The notes under the pieces were generated by a model, which searched no databases, had not been told where the DNA came from, and was given only the letters and a program-made list of their open reading frames with translations. Below, piece after piece: positions 20,297 through 29,565 of a stretch of DNA of 43,939 nt. The stretch covers positions 1-43,939 of the forward strand of contig CBFCYS010000002.1 of NCBI GenBank assembly GCA_965602215.1, in the 5' to 3' direction. The position numbers and the translations under genes are program-made. Within the stretch, counting starts at the first letter, position 1. Each line of letters starts with the position of its first letter. This DNA is from an uncultured bacterium (lineage in GTDB: Bacteria; RBG-13-66-14; B26-G2; WVWN01).

Positions 20297-21385
20297 GTGA
20301 AGGCGAAGGGCACCCTTATATTGACGTTGACCCTGGTCGCGGCGCCGGCAGTTACGGTCGCGCTGACGCTCGAGGAGGCGTACGAAAACATCGAACGCGG
20401 TACGGTGGCGGAGCAGTGCGAGGCCGCGGAATACCTCGGCGTCGCGGGCGACGAGGCGGCGATCGATTCTCTCATAGTCGCGTTATCGGACGAGAACCCC
20501 GAGCTCAGGCAATGTGCGGCCATGGCGCTCGGCGAGCTGGGCTCGAGCCGCGCGGTTCCGGCCCTGGCCCGGGCGCTGCGCGACCGCGACCGCGCCGTCC
20601 AGTGGTTCGCCGCTACGTCGCTGGCCAAGCTCGGCGAGCCGGCCGTAAAGGCGCTCCTGGCGGAGTTGCGGTCGGATGACGAGGACGCCGTGGCGGGCGT
20701 GGCCATCGCCCTCGGCCGCATGCGGGAGCCGCGGGCGGTAGGGCCGCTGCTCGAGCTGTTGTCGTCGCCGGACCTATACGTGCGGGAACAGGCTATCGAG
20801 GCGCTGGTATCTATCGGCAAGCCGTCGGTGGGGCCGTTGGTCAAAACGCTCGGTTCGGCCGAGCCAGTTGCGAAAAAGGGCGCCATAGTGGCGTTGGGCC
20901 GGCTGGCGGACGTGGAAGCGGCGGAGGCGCTGGTGAAATTGCTCGGCGAGCGGGACCTGGTCGCGCGGCACTACGCGATGGTGGCGCTCCGCGGCATGGG
21001 CCCGGAGGTTTACGACGTTTTGGAAGACGCGCTGGCCTCGCGGAACCCGTCCGTCCAGAAAGCGGCTTGCGAGATATTGGGCTTCGCGCGAGACGCCCGG
21101 GCCATCGAACCCGTCGCCGCGCTGCTCGACGCCGACGACGAGACGGTTCGGTGGACCGCGGCCAAGACGCTGGGGGCCATCGACGGGAAGTACGCCGTCG
21201 CGAACCTGATCCGGGCGCTGCAGGACCCCAGCCCCCGGGTGCGCGAGGTAACGGTCCTCGCGCTGGGTAGGATAGGCCACTTCGACGCCGTACCGGCCTT
21301 GACCGCCGTCGCCGAGAACGACCCCGACGACGCGGTGCGGGCCGCCGCAACCGACGCGCTGGCCGCTATCGGCGGCCGCAAGTAG
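20297..21385 (+). CDS. HEAT-repeat (PBS lyase-like) protein with signal peptide
   Basis: Hydrophobic N-terminus; repeated A..ALG.LG…AV..L...L.D units. Confidence 0.85.
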   Translation: MKAKGTLILTLTLVAAPAVTVALTLEEAYENIERGTVAEQCEAAEYLGVAGDEAAIDSLIVALSDENPELRQCAAMALGELGSSRAVPALARALRDRDRAVQWFAATSLAKLGEPAVKALLAELRSDDEDAVAGVAIALGRMREPRAVGPLLELLSSPDLYVREQAIEALVSIGKPSVGPLVKTLGSAEPVAKKGAIVALGRLADVEAAEALVKLLGERDLVARHYAMVALRGMGPEVYDVLEDALASRNPSVQKAACEILGFARDARAIEPVAALLDADDETVRWTAAKTLGAIDGKYAVANLIRALQDPSPRVREVTVLALGRIGHFDAVPALTAVAENDPDDAVRAAATDALAAIGGRK

Positions 21386-21392
21386 CGCCGCG

Positions 21393-21821
21393 ATGGAAAT
21401 CCAGGGCGACGACTATTGTTTCGGCTGCGGCGCGGCGAATCCGGAGGGTTTGCGGCTCCGGTTCGACGTCGACGAGGGGCGGCGCTCGGCGGAGGCGACG
21501 TTCAAACCCCGCCCCGAGCACCAGGGGTACACCGGCGTAACGCACGGCGGCATAATCGCGACCTTGCTCGACGAGGCGATGTTGAAGCTGTGTTGGGAGC
21601 TCGGCATCCCCGCCGTCACGGCGAGGTTGGAGGTGGAGTTGAAGAGGCCGGTGCCGGTGGGCGAGGAGTTGCGCGTTCGGGGTTGGATCGCCGAGGACAA
21701 GGGAAGGGTGCTCAAGACCGAGGCGGAGATTACGAATTCGTCGGGGGAACTGGTGGCTCGCGGCCGGAGCACGGCGGTCGTCAAAGGGCCGCGCCGGCGG
21801 CGCGAGCGGCCTTCGGATTAA
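21393..21821 (+). CDS. PaaI-family (hotdog-fold) thioesterase
   Basis: CFGCG..NP.GL, HGGIIATLLDEAM. Confidence 0.9.
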   Translation: MEIQGDDYCFGCGAANPEGLRLRFDVDEGRRSAEATFKPRPEHQGYTGVTHGGIIATLLDEAMLKLCWELGIPAVTARLEVELKRPVPVGEELRVRGWIAEDKGRVLKTEAEITNSSGELVARGRSTAVVKGPRRRRERPSD

Positions 21822-21823
21822 AG

Positions 21824-22807
21824 GTGAAAATTTTAGGGCTGGAAACTTCCTGCGACGAAACGGCCGCGGGCATCGTCGTCGACGGCGTCCGTTTGATTTC
21901 CAACGTCGTCGCGAGCCAGGCGGGCCTTCACGCGCCGTACGGCGGCGTCGTACCCGAGCTGGCGTCGCGCGAGCACGAGGTCAATCTGCTTCCGGTAGTG
22001 CAAGAGGCGCTCGAGCCGGTGGGGGGTCTGCGCGGCGTGGACGCGCTGGCGGTAACGGTGGGGCCGGGTTTGCAGGGCTCGCTGCTGGTGGGGATGACGT
22101 TCGCCAAGGCGGTGGCGTACGCCGCCGGCCTGCCGGCGTACGCGGTGAACCACCTGGAGGGTCACGTCGCGGCGCTGCGGTTGATGGACGAGCCGCCCGA
22201 GCCGCCGTTCGTGGCGCTTTTGGCCACCGGCGGCCACACCGCGCTCTACGACGTGGTCGGCTGGGGAGAATACCGCCTGCTCGGCGAAACGCGCGACGAC
22301 GCGGCCGGGGAGGCTTTCGACAAGGTGGCCCGCTTGCTCGGGATGCCGTATCCCGGCGGGCCGCCCCTGGAACGCGCCGCGGCCGAGGGCTCGCCGACGT
22401 TCGAATTCCCGCGGCCTATGTTAGGGCGCGGCTTGGATTTCTCGTTCGCCGGCCTGAAGACCGCGGTATCCTTGAAGGTGAAGGAGTTGGGCGAGGAGGA
22501 GACGGCGCGCCTGCGCGCGGACCTGGCGGCCTCGTTCCAGGAGGCGGCGGTCGACGTCCTGGCGGCGAAGGCGCTCCACGCTTGCGCGGAATCCGGTAGG
22601 AAGGCGCTCGCGGTCGTGGGCGGCGTAGCGGCCAACCGGCGGCTACGGGAGAGGGTGGCGGCCGGCGACGTCGAACCTTATTGGCCCCCGACCGAGCTCT
22701 GCGGCGACAACGGCGCGATGGTGGCGGCGGCGGGTTCTCTCGCCGCGGCCCGGGGCGAACTTCTCGACGCCGAGGCGGACCCGGCGCCCTCCGCCGTTAT
22801 CGGTTAA
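21824..22807 (+). CDS. tsaD: tRNA N6-threonylcarbamoyltransferase TsaD
   Basis: GTG start inside the track ORF 21416..22807; LGLETSCDETA, GGVVPELASREH, NHLEGH, ETRDDAAGEAFDK, DNGAMVA. Confidence 0.95.
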   Translation: MKILGLETSCDETAAGIVVDGVRLISNVVASQAGLHAPYGGVVPELASREHEVNLLPVVQEALEPVGGLRGVDALAVTVGPGLQGSLLVGMTFAKAVAYAAGLPAYAVNHLEGHVAALRLMDEPPEPPFVALLATGGHTALYDVVGWGEYRLLGETRDDAAGEAFDKVARLLGMPYPGGPPLERAAAEGSPTFEFPRPMLGRGLDFSFAGLKTAVSLKVKELGEEETARLRADLAASFQEAAVDVLAAKALHACAESGRKALAVVGGVAANRRLRERVAAGDVEPYWPPTELCGDNGAMVAAAGSLAAARGELLDAEADPAPSAVIG

Positions 22808-22885
22808 GAAAAAGGGAGAATTATCTTGCGTTATAAATGGTTTATCCGTTATAATGCCGCGTAGTAGTGGGAGCCTAATACGCCA

Positions 22886-24598
22886 ATGGTAATCTGGGAT
22901 TTTATAGCTCGGATAGTAAGTTACCCTGTCTACTTCCACACCGAGACGGCTTTCGCCGTATTATTGGCGGTAGTCATCATCGGCCTCGTTTATTTCTTTT
23001 TTAAATTCAACCGAGACGTTTTCCGAACTACCGACATCGTTTGGGTGGCCGACGCCGCGGCCGTCCTGTTCATCGTAGTATTTTCGTTGCTGGTGAGGAG
23101 TTTCCTCGCTTCGGCGATACTGGTCGTTGCGTTCCTGGCGGCGGTTACGGCGGAGGTCGTCTATTTAACGCGCCGCGGCACGAGCACCATTGCTTTACGG
23201 AAAGACGCCAAATTCGGCGTAATGCCGTTCTTATTGGGCGGGACGGTCGAGGAAGATTGGCGTCTCGGCTACGGCCTGGCGGACGTATTGTCGCGCTGCC
23301 TGTCGGCGTACGACGTGGCGGTTATGGACCCGTTTCGCGCGGCGACGGGATACCTACGGCGGGGCGTGGTATCCGAGGCCGAGGTTATCGAGTGGGGCGA
23401 GGCGCTGGAGGTAGATTACTTAATAATAGGGCGGGTGCGGCGAGTGGGGCGGAACATCCAGGTACGCTACAGGATCGCGGGGATGTTCGAGCGGCGCGAT
23501 TGGCGGCGGCCGCGCGTGCTCGTAGCCGGCGACCGGCCCTTCGAGGCGGCGCGGGCCATACTCAACGACGTAGTGGGGTTGTGCAATTTGCGGGTCAAGA
23601 ACGACGCGGCGCTCACCTACTATTCGGGACCGACGGATTCGCCGATCTCCTGGAGAAACTATTCCGACGGCCGCCGGTACCACATCTTGGGAACGACCGG
23701 CGATTTGGAACGGGCGCAAGAAGCCTACGGCCGGGCGCTGGCGGAGGACGAAAATTTCACGCTCGCCGCCGTCGGTACGGTCGAGCTCTTGTTGCAGCTC
23801 GCGCGCCGGCACGTACGCGACGAGGATAAGTTCCTCTCGTTTCTCGAGGAGGCGTACCGGGTGGCGCTGCGGGCCGTGCGGCAGCATCCCGAGCTCTACG
23901 AGACGCAGAACGTGATGGGCGAGGTTTTCGTCTTCCTGTCGGGAGGCCGGGACGAGGACCTCTTCCGTCGCGCGCAGACGCGCTTCCTGGAGGCGGTGCG
24001 GCTCAACCCCAATTCGGCGCGGTCGTGGTACAACCTGGCGTTGATATCGAAGTACAGCGTGCCGGAGGAGGACGTGGGGTACGCCGACTTCCTCGGCAAG
24101 GCTATTTCGGCCGACCCGTCGTACATCACGGCGCGCCTGGCGTTGGGCCGGTACCTCGACGAGAAGAACGACCACGAGGGCGCGCGGCGCCAATACCGAT
24201 TGGCGTTGACCTACAATCCCCGGAATACGTCGGCCCTGACCGAACTCGGTTACTTCTACCTTAAGCGCGGCGACGCCAAAAAGGCGGTCGAGATCCTCGA
24301 ACGCAGCAAGGAAGTCGACGAATCCAACGCCACGACGCGATATTACCTCGGCATCGCCCAATTCAGGATGGGTGACCTGGGCCGCGCCGAGGAAGAGCTC
24401 TGGGCGGCGCTGGCTTTCAGGCCCCAGGTGCCGAAGTATTACCACGCGTTGGCGCGGGTGCTGGAAGACGCCGAGAAGTACGTGGAGGCGATGACGGTCT
24501 GGGAGGAAGCGCTGAAGCGGGTACGCGACGAGGCCGACGCCCAGAAGGTCCGGGGACACATCAACCGCCTCGCCGACAAGGCGAGGGAGCAGGCGTAA
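22886..24598 (+). CDS. Membrane protein with TolB-N-like alpha/beta domain and C-terminal TPRs
   Basis: Three N-terminal hydrophobic helices, GVMPF…GLADVL…LEVDYLIIGRV pattern, multiple TPRs. Confidence 0.7.
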   Translation: MVIWDFIARIVSYPVYFHTETAFAVLLAVVIIGLVYFFFKFNRDVFRTTDIVWVADAAAVLFIVVFSLLVRSFLASAILVVAFLAAVTAEVVYLTRRGTSTIALRKDAKFGVMPFLLGGTVEEDWRLGYGLADVLSRCLSAYDVAVMDPFRAATGYLRRGVVSEAEVIEWGEALEVDYLIIGRVRRVGRNIQVRYRIAGMFERRDWRRPRVLVAGDRPFEAARAILNDVVGLCNLRVKNDAALTYYSGPTDSPISWRNYSDGRRYHILGTTGDLERAQEAYGRALAEDENFTLAAVGTVELLLQLARRHVRDEDKFLSFLEEAYRVALRAVRQHPELYETQNVMGEVFVFLSGGRDEDLFRRAQTRFLEAVRLNPNSARSWYNLALISKYSVPEEDVGYADFLGKAISADPSYITARLALGRYLDEKNDHEGARRQYRLALTYNPRNTSALTELGYFYLKRGDAKKAVEILERSKEVDESNATTRYYLGIAQFRMGDLGRAEEELWAALAFRPQVPKYYHALARVLEDAEKYVEAMTVWEEALKRVRDEADAQKVRGHINRLADKAREQA

Positions 24599-24628
24599 CG
24601 CCGCCGACCCTACGGCGGGGAATTAAAC

Positions 24629-24657
24629 TTGATTTTTAGGGATTTTTATCTTAGTAT
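24629..24657 (+). promoter_or_regulatory. Promoter of the putative 6S RNA
   Basis: TTGATT (24629-24634), 17 bp, TAGTAT (24652-24657), about 6 nt before the RNA. Confidence 0.65.
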
Positions 24658-24662
24658 GTAGG

Positions 24663-24834
24663 TCCCTGCGGTGCAGGTGATGGGGCCTAGAAGATTAGAG
24701 CTTACGACCGTTGTTTAGGGAGTCGGCCCTTGAGCGTCGGGCAAGCCGCTTTAAGCGGAAGTCCAAACCTCAAAAAGCAGACGCCCACTTTAAGCAGCTG
24801 TTCCAATCTCAACCTCACACGGCATCGACGGGGA
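24663..24834 (+). ncRNA. ssrS: Probable 6S RNA
   Basis: ~172 nt unit between a promoter and a terminator; 5' TCCCTGCGGTGC pairs with 3' GCATCGACGGGGA; internal GACCG…TTTAGGGAG and CCCAC…TTC motifs resemble 6S RNAs as I recall them; close to rarA. Confidence 0.7.
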
Positions 24835-24838
24835 AGAA

Positions 24839-24864
24839 GAGGGCCCGCAAGGGCCCCCTTTATT
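24839..24864 (+). terminator. Terminator after the 6S RNA
   Basis: gggccc-gcaa-gggccc hairpin followed by cctttatt. Confidence 0.7.
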
Positions 24865-25010
24865 ATTTTAAAACCCGGGCCGCGCCCGGCCCGGGCAAAT
24901 CCCCCGTTATTAAACCCAAAAAAAAGCGACGCGACCGGGATAAGGCCGGCGGGTATATCTTTTCCGGCAGCCCGCGGTCCGTCGTCGGCGTCGCCCGTCA
25001 GGGAACGGCG

Positions 25011-25199
25011 CTAACGCGCTGCGGGAGGGCCGAACAGTATTTCGAGTTCGTCCCGGATGTTTTTCCAACGCCGGAAAAGCGCCGTCATAATGGCTCGCCG
25101 CACCTGGAGGTCCTCCATATCCACGACGCGGGATTCACCCCGTCGTTTTTCGCCGGCTTCCGCCGGCATCGCGCTTTTCGTATTGGCAACCGTTACCAT
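25011..25199 (-). CDS. Small hypothetical protein (62 aa)
   Basis: ATG preceded by GGAGG at 7 nt spacing; AT-rich upstream region. Confidence 0.55.
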   Translation of the reverse strand: MVTVANTKSAMPAEAGEKRRGESRVVDMEDLQVRRAIMTALFRRWKNIRDELEILFGPPAAR

Positions 25200-25274
25200 A
25201 CGCGGCCTCCGGTCCTTTCGTTTTTACGTATTTATAAGTAACGGTTATGCCAATTTACGTCATCGTAGCGCGAC

Positions 25275-25413
25275 GTCCCGCTGCCGCTGCGCAACGTTCC
25301 GCAGGCCGGCGACCCGGACCACGAGGACTACGAATATCCCCGCAGCTTCCCGGGCGGCCGGGTGGCCCGGGAGTCCATACCGGAGGCGGTACAATTCTAC
25401 GAGTCGGGCGAGC
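25275..25413 (+). pseudogene. Degenerate duplicate of part of the rarA 3' region
   Basis: Ungapped 139-nt match to 27507..27645 with 19 mismatches; in-frame TAG just upstream and no start codon. Confidence 0.85.
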
Positions 25414-25493
25414 CGCTTAAAACAGCCGTTCCAATCTTATCCTCACGGGGCGCCGACCGGAAAGAAGAGGGCCCGCAAGGGCCCCCTTTATTA
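25413..25493 (+). repeat. Degenerate duplicate of the 6S RNA 3' strand and its terminator
   Basis: Ungapped match to 24785..24865; the terminal aagaagagggcccgcaagggccccctttatta is identical. Confidence 0.85.
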
Positions 25494-25523
25494 AAAAAGC
25501 CCGGGTAAGCGTACCCGGGCTTT
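25493..25523 (-). terminator. Terminator for the beta-barrel gene
   Basis: aaaaaagcccgggta-agcg-tacccgggcttt. Confidence 0.75.
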
Positions 25524-25542
25524 CGTAATTATGCGTGGCGTT

Positions 25543-26253
25543 TTATAGGTAAAACCGCGGCGCCACCCATATAGCCCACCCCGTAAAATCTTCGCGCAGC
25601 GGGCCTCTCTGGGGGGCATCGCCGTGTTGGGCCCAGTTGCCCAGGGTGGCTTCTGCGGTCCAGTACGTCAGGTAGCCCTCGACCGTGAGGCCGTTGAAAA
25701 TGCCAAACTCCGCGCCTACCTTAATCTCCGGCCCGTAGCATACGTCGCGCGTCCAGGCGGTTCCGCTCGCCATGACGCCGAAGGAAGTAATGTCCTGCGC
25801 GGTGTCGTATTCCGTGATGAAGGCGACGAAGCCCAGGCCCATCTCGGGTCGGAAACGGCCGTCCCAGAACCCCGGCGCGAGGAAAGTCCCGTCGAGGCGG
25901 ATCGGCACGATGTGGGTAGTGAGTTTCAAATCGCGCTTGTATTGGTCTCCGGAGTAGGTTACGTCGTGCTCGGTCCGGATATTGGCGACGTTGGCGTCGA
26001 AGCGGAAGTAATTGCCGAGCGTCACGCCGTAACCGATAGCGAAGCCCATACCCGGAGAGATCTCGCCCATCTCGCCTTCGTGGCCTACCTTCCGCTCGGG
26101 CCCGTCCATATCCTTCGCCCACTCGTCCGCGCGCGGCATTTCCATCCGCGGAATTCCCAGAGCGCCGCTAATGCTGCCCCGGACGAAAGAGTCCTCAGCG
26201 CCGTACGCCGCCCCGGCCGCGACGACGCAAATCACTAGCAACCACTTGCTCAT
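25543..26253 (-). CDS. Outer-membrane beta-barrel protein
   Basis: ATG at 26253 after AGGAGGAGG; signal peptide MSKWLLVICVVAAGAAYG; alternating beta-strand pattern; C-terminal WVAPRFYL. Confidence 0.7.
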   Translation of the reverse strand: MSKWLLVICVVAAGAAYGAEDSFVRGSISGALGIPRMEMPRADEWAKDMDGPERKVGHEGEMGEISPGMGFAIGYGVTLGNYFRFDANVANIRTEHDVTYSGDQYKRDLKLTTHIVPIRLDGTFLAPGFWDGRFRPEMGLGFVAFITEYDTAQDITSFGVMASGTAWTRDVCYGPEIKVGAEFGIFNGLTVEGYLTYWTAEATLGNWAQHGDAPQRGPLREDFTGWAIWVAPRFYL

Positions 26254-26379
26254 ACGACCTCCTCCTATCGTTACGGGTTTTAGGAAGTATGATAACATCC
26301 ACGGTTATCCTAACACAAAGGCTGCTAGCGGGGGGGGAAAAATGCCGGGGCGACGGTTCGCGCCGGCGTCGAAATTCGT

Positions 26380-26408
26380 TTGCTTCAATTCGCGGGAGCG
26401 TTTATAAT
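26380..26408 (+). promoter_or_regulatory. rarA promoter (probably leaderless transcript)
   Basis: TTGCTT, 17 bp, TATAAT (26403-26408); GTG start at 26415. Confidence 0.6.
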
Positions 26409-26414
26409 CGGGAC

Positions 26415-27722
26415 GTGGCCGAGGCCTTGTTTGAAAAAGAGGACGACTCCCGGGCGCCGCTCGCGGTCAGGATGCGGCCCCGTGCGCTGGACGAGTTCGT
26501 AGGCCAGCAGGACGTGCTCGGCCCGAGTACCTTCCTGCGCCGCGCCATAGAGGAGGACCGCCTCCAATCGCTCGTCCTCTACGGCCCGCCGGGGACCGGC
26601 AAGACCACGTTGGCCCACATCATCTCGAGCGTAACGGGCGCGGCGTTCGAGGCCCTCAACGCCGTCACCGACGGCCTGCCCGAGCTCCGCGCCGTCGTCG
26701 CGCGGGCCAAACAGCGGCGCGCGCTCGAGGGTCGGCGCACCCTCCTCTTCATCGACGAGCTCCACCGCTTCAACAAGACCCAGCAGGACGGCCTGTTGCC
26801 CCACGTCGAGGCCGGCCTGTTCGTCATGGTGGGCGCGACGGTCCACAACCCCTACTTCGCGCTCACCCCCCCGCTGCGCTCGCGCAGCCGCGTCGTCCGC
26901 TTCCACGCGCTGAGCGACGACGACTTGGGCGTCGTCGCCGACCGCGTGCTGGCCGACGGCGAGCGGGGCCTGGGCGAACTTAACCTGAAGCTGGCCGACG
27001 ACGCCCGCCGCCATATCTTCCGCGCCGCGGAGGGCGACGCCCGCCGGGTCCTCAACGCGCTCGAGGCGTCGGCGCTGCTGGTGGGCGAGGGGGGCGAGAT
27101 AACGCTCGACGTCGCGACGGAGGCGACGGGAGGCCGCGACTACCTCTACGACCGCGACGAGGCCGGCCACTACGAGGCCATCTCGGCCTTCATCAAGTCC
27201 ATGCGCGGCTCCGACCCGGACGCCGCCCTCTACTGGCTGGCGCGGATGCTGGCGGGCGGCGAGGACCCGCGCTTCGTCGCGCGGCGGATGGTCATCTTCG
27301 CCTCCGAGGACGTGGGCCTGGCGGACGCCAAGGCCGCGCTGCTGGCGCAGGCCGCCTTCCGCGCCGCCGAGACCATCGGCGACGCCGAGATGCCGCTCAT
27401 CCTGGGCCACGTCACTATCTACCTCGCGACCGCGCCCAAGTCCAACACGGCGACGAGGGCGATAGGGAAGGCTATGAGAGAGGTCGAGGAGGGGCCGCGG
27501 CGAGAGGTCCCGCTGCCGCTACGCAACGTCCCGCGGGCCGGCGACCCGGACCACGAGGACTACAAATATCCCCACAGCTTCCCGGGCGGCTGGGTGGAGC
27601 AGGAGTATATGCCCGAGCCGGTCCGATTTTACGAACCGGGCGAGCGCGGCGACGAGGCGCGGATTAAAAAGTATTTGGCGTGGATAAATGAAATGAAGAA
27701 AAAAATGAAAGGTAACCGTTAG
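26415..27722 (+). CDS. rarA: Replication-associated recombination protein A (MgsA/RarA AAA+ ATPase)
   Basis: PLAVRMRP..LDEFVGQ, GPPGTGKTT, FIDELHRFNKTQQD, ISAFIKSMRGSDPDAA, SEDVGLAD; start moved to GTG 26415. Confidence 0.95.
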   Translation: MAEALFEKEDDSRAPLAVRMRPRALDEFVGQQDVLGPSTFLRRAIEEDRLQSLVLYGPPGTGKTTLAHIISSVTGAAFEALNAVTDGLPELRAVVARAKQRRALEGRRTLLFIDELHRFNKTQQDGLLPHVEAGLFVMVGATVHNPYFALTPPLRSRSRVVRFHALSDDDLGVVADRVLADGERGLGELNLKLADDARRHIFRAAEGDARRVLNALEASALLVGEGGEITLDVATEATGGRDYLYDRDEAGHYEAISAFIKSMRGSDPDAALYWLARMLAGGEDPRFVARRMVIFASEDVGLADAKAALLAQAAFRAAETIGDAEMPLILGHVTIYLATAPKSNTATRAIGKAMREVEEGPRREVPLPLRNVPRAGDPDHEDYKYPHSFPGGWVEQEYMPEPVRFYEPGERGDEARIKKYLAWINEMKKKMKGNR

Positions 27723-27731
27723 GAGGAAATC

Positions 27732-28133
27732 GTGGCCGAGCTGACGTTCTCAGAGATGCTGCGCCTGGGCGGCGTGCCGACTTATATCTCGGTTCTGGCG
27801 GGGATATTTATCGTGGCGCTTACCATAATGGGTTATTTTACCGTCGCGCCGTACGCCCGCAAGCGGCCCCATGCGCCGCTCGTCAAGAGGTGGGCGTGGG
27901 CCATCCTCGTATGCGGCCTCGTCTGCGCGTTCAACGGCGGCGTCGGGACCGTCACCGGCCTGGTCAACGTCCACCGCGCCGCGGCCGCGGCCGGCTCCGA
28001 CGCCGGCGCCGTTATGGCCCAGGGCGTCTTCGAGGTCCTCTTCAACGTGGCCTTCGGCTTTATGTTCGCCTGGCTGGCGGTCTTCGGCTTCGCGACGATG
28101 CGGCTGGTCGCGTCCAAGGAAGGGAACCACTAA
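27732..28133 (+). CDS. Small 3-TM membrane protein, MotA/TolQ/ExbB-like
   Basis: AGGAGG RBS; three hydrophobic helices; GTVTGL motif and A.GV.E.L..VA.G pattern. Confidence 0.6.
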   Translation: MAELTFSEMLRLGGVPTYISVLAGIFIVALTIMGYFTVAPYARKRPHAPLVKRWAWAILVCGLVCAFNGGVGTVTGLVNVHRAAAAAGSDAGAVMAQGVFEVLFNVAFGFMFAWLAVFGFATMRLVASKEGNH

Positions 28134-28154
28134 TAAATGCCGTTATACGAACGG

Positions 28155-28182
28155 GGCCGGCCCGCAGGCCGGCCTTTTTTTT
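28155..28182 (+). terminator. Intrinsic terminator
   Basis: ggccggcc-cgca-ggccggcc followed by T8. Confidence 0.85.
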
Positions 28183-28296
28183 GCGCTCCGCCCGACATTA
28201 TAAACCCTCCCGCCGGGGGAGAGTCAAGGGGTAAAATGACGAAGGCCGCCCGGAGGGCGGCGCGACGTCGAATTCCCGTATGGCAAGGCCGGGGCC

Positions 28297-28692
28297 TCAG
28301 GGCGTCGAGTATTCTTCGGGCGGCTTCACGGCTTCGGGGGCCGCCGTCTCCATGGCGCGGTCGAACCAGATGAGGACTTCCGCGGAGCCCTCCTCGGCGA
28401 CGGCCATCTCCTGCTCGATGTGATCCGTCACCTTGAGCGCCTGGATGACGATGCGGTGGGAGCCCGGCTCGAGCTCGAGCTCGATGGCGCGAACCTCCTC
28501 CACGTCGCCGAAGCGCAGCTGCTCGCGCGCCGCCGGCTTGCGGTCGACAAAGACGGTCACGTCGACGTTCTCGGCCGTGAGGTCGCGGTTCTTGACGTAT
28601 AGCGTGTAGGTGTATCCCTCTTCCTCGGCGGCCTCGGCCGCGAAAGGTATCCCCAGCGCCGCCGCCAGCACTACTATCGTAATCCCTTTCAT
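28297..28692 (-). CDS. Secreted beta-rich hypothetical protein (paralog of 31551..31955)
   Basis: GGAGG RBS, signal peptide; LYVKN…VDVTVFVD…GSHRIVI. Confidence 0.7.
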   Translation of the reverse strand: MKGITIVVLAAALGIPFAAEAAEEEGYTYTLYVKNRDLTAENVDVTVFVDRKPAAREQLRFGDVEEVRAIELELEPGSHRIVIQALKVTDHIEQEMAVAEEGSAEVLIWFDRAMETAAPEAVKPPEEYSTP

Positions 28693-28850
28693 AACAGCAC
28701 CTCCACGTTCGATATTGTATACCTTCCGGCGGCGGATTGCAAATGATTATAACAGGCCACGACGAAAAGCCAAGCGGGGCTTTACTTTTTTTCGGTTGTT
28801 TTTGACGCCTGTGGGGTGTAAAATATTGGGGTCGCAAAGGAGGGTTAATT

Positions 28851-29411
28851 ATGAAGAGAGGGATACTGCTCGCGGCGGCCGCCGCGTTGCTCGCGGCCGG
28901 GTTGGCGAACGCCGAAGGCGAGGAGAACGGCAACGGCGGCAGGCGGTTCGCGGCGACTGCCCGTTTCGAGCAGATCTGGCCCGCCGCCGGCTTCGACTAT
29001 ACCTTCGCGAAGCGGGTTTCGATCGGGCCGGTGGTGAAGTACGACGGCGGCAAGTTCGTCGCGGCGGCCGAGTCGCGCGTCTACATCCGGGCCGACCACA
29101 GCAAGGCCGGCTTCCAGCCCTACTTCCTCGCGGAGGCCGGCTGGCAGACGGGCTCGGACCCGCCTGGGCCCACACCGCGCGGATGGTACTGGGGGTATTG
29201 GTATTCCTCCCGGGACGGCGCCGACGCCGCCGACGATGACGACGCTCCCTTCCCCTACCGCTATTACGCGTTCGCGGGGCCGGGGTTGGACCTGCGCGCG
29301 AAGGGCGTCAACTTCGTCCCGTTTGTGGAGATGGGGCCGCGGCAGGAGTTCCGCGAGGGCAACGAGGGCACCTATCTCTACTGGGCGCTCGGCCTCCGCT
29401 ACACCTGGTGA
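28851..29411 (+). CDS. Small exported, probably outer-membrane beta-barrel protein
   Basis: GGAGG RBS, signal peptide, aromatic-rich strands, C-terminal LGLRYTW. Confidence 0.65.
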   Translation: MKRGILLAAAAALLAAGLANAEGEENGNGGRRFAATARFEQIWPAAGFDYTFAKRVSIGPVVKYDGGKFVAAAESRVYIRADHSKAGFQPYFLAEAGWQTGSDPPGPTPRGWYWGYWYSSRDGADAADDDDAPFPYRYYAFAGPGLDLRAKGVNFVPFVEMGPRQEFREGNEGTYLYWALGLRYTW

Positions 29412-29433
29412 GCCGAGCTTATCCACGCACGAC

Positions 29434-29466
29434 AACCCCGGCGCCTTCGAAGGGTGCCGGGGTTTT
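29434..29466 (+). terminator. Intrinsic terminator
   Basis: aaccccggcgcc-ttcgaa-gggtgccggggtttt. Confidence 0.75.
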
Positions 29467-29565
29467 AACGTGCGAAACCCTCCCGCGGGGGGGAGGGGGA
29501 GGAAGGAAAAGGGAATTAAAATTAAACGGTTTATTACCCCCTTATCCTCAGTTTTAAGGGAGTTT

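Noticed and set aside
24711-25494. ORFs 24711..25241 and 25057..25494 sharing TGKKRARKGPLY
   Set aside because: The shared peptide is just the translated duplicated 6S tail and terminator; TTG starts without RBS
25275-27645. Diversity-generating retroelement TR/VR pair (rarA copy)
   Set aside because: Only 7 of 19 mismatches fall at adenines of the rarA copy, fewer in the other direction, and there is no reverse transcriptase
28197-28227. Minus-strand promoter TTGACT-19-TATAAT
   Set aside because: Long spacer and no downstream gene in that orientation; cannot be supported
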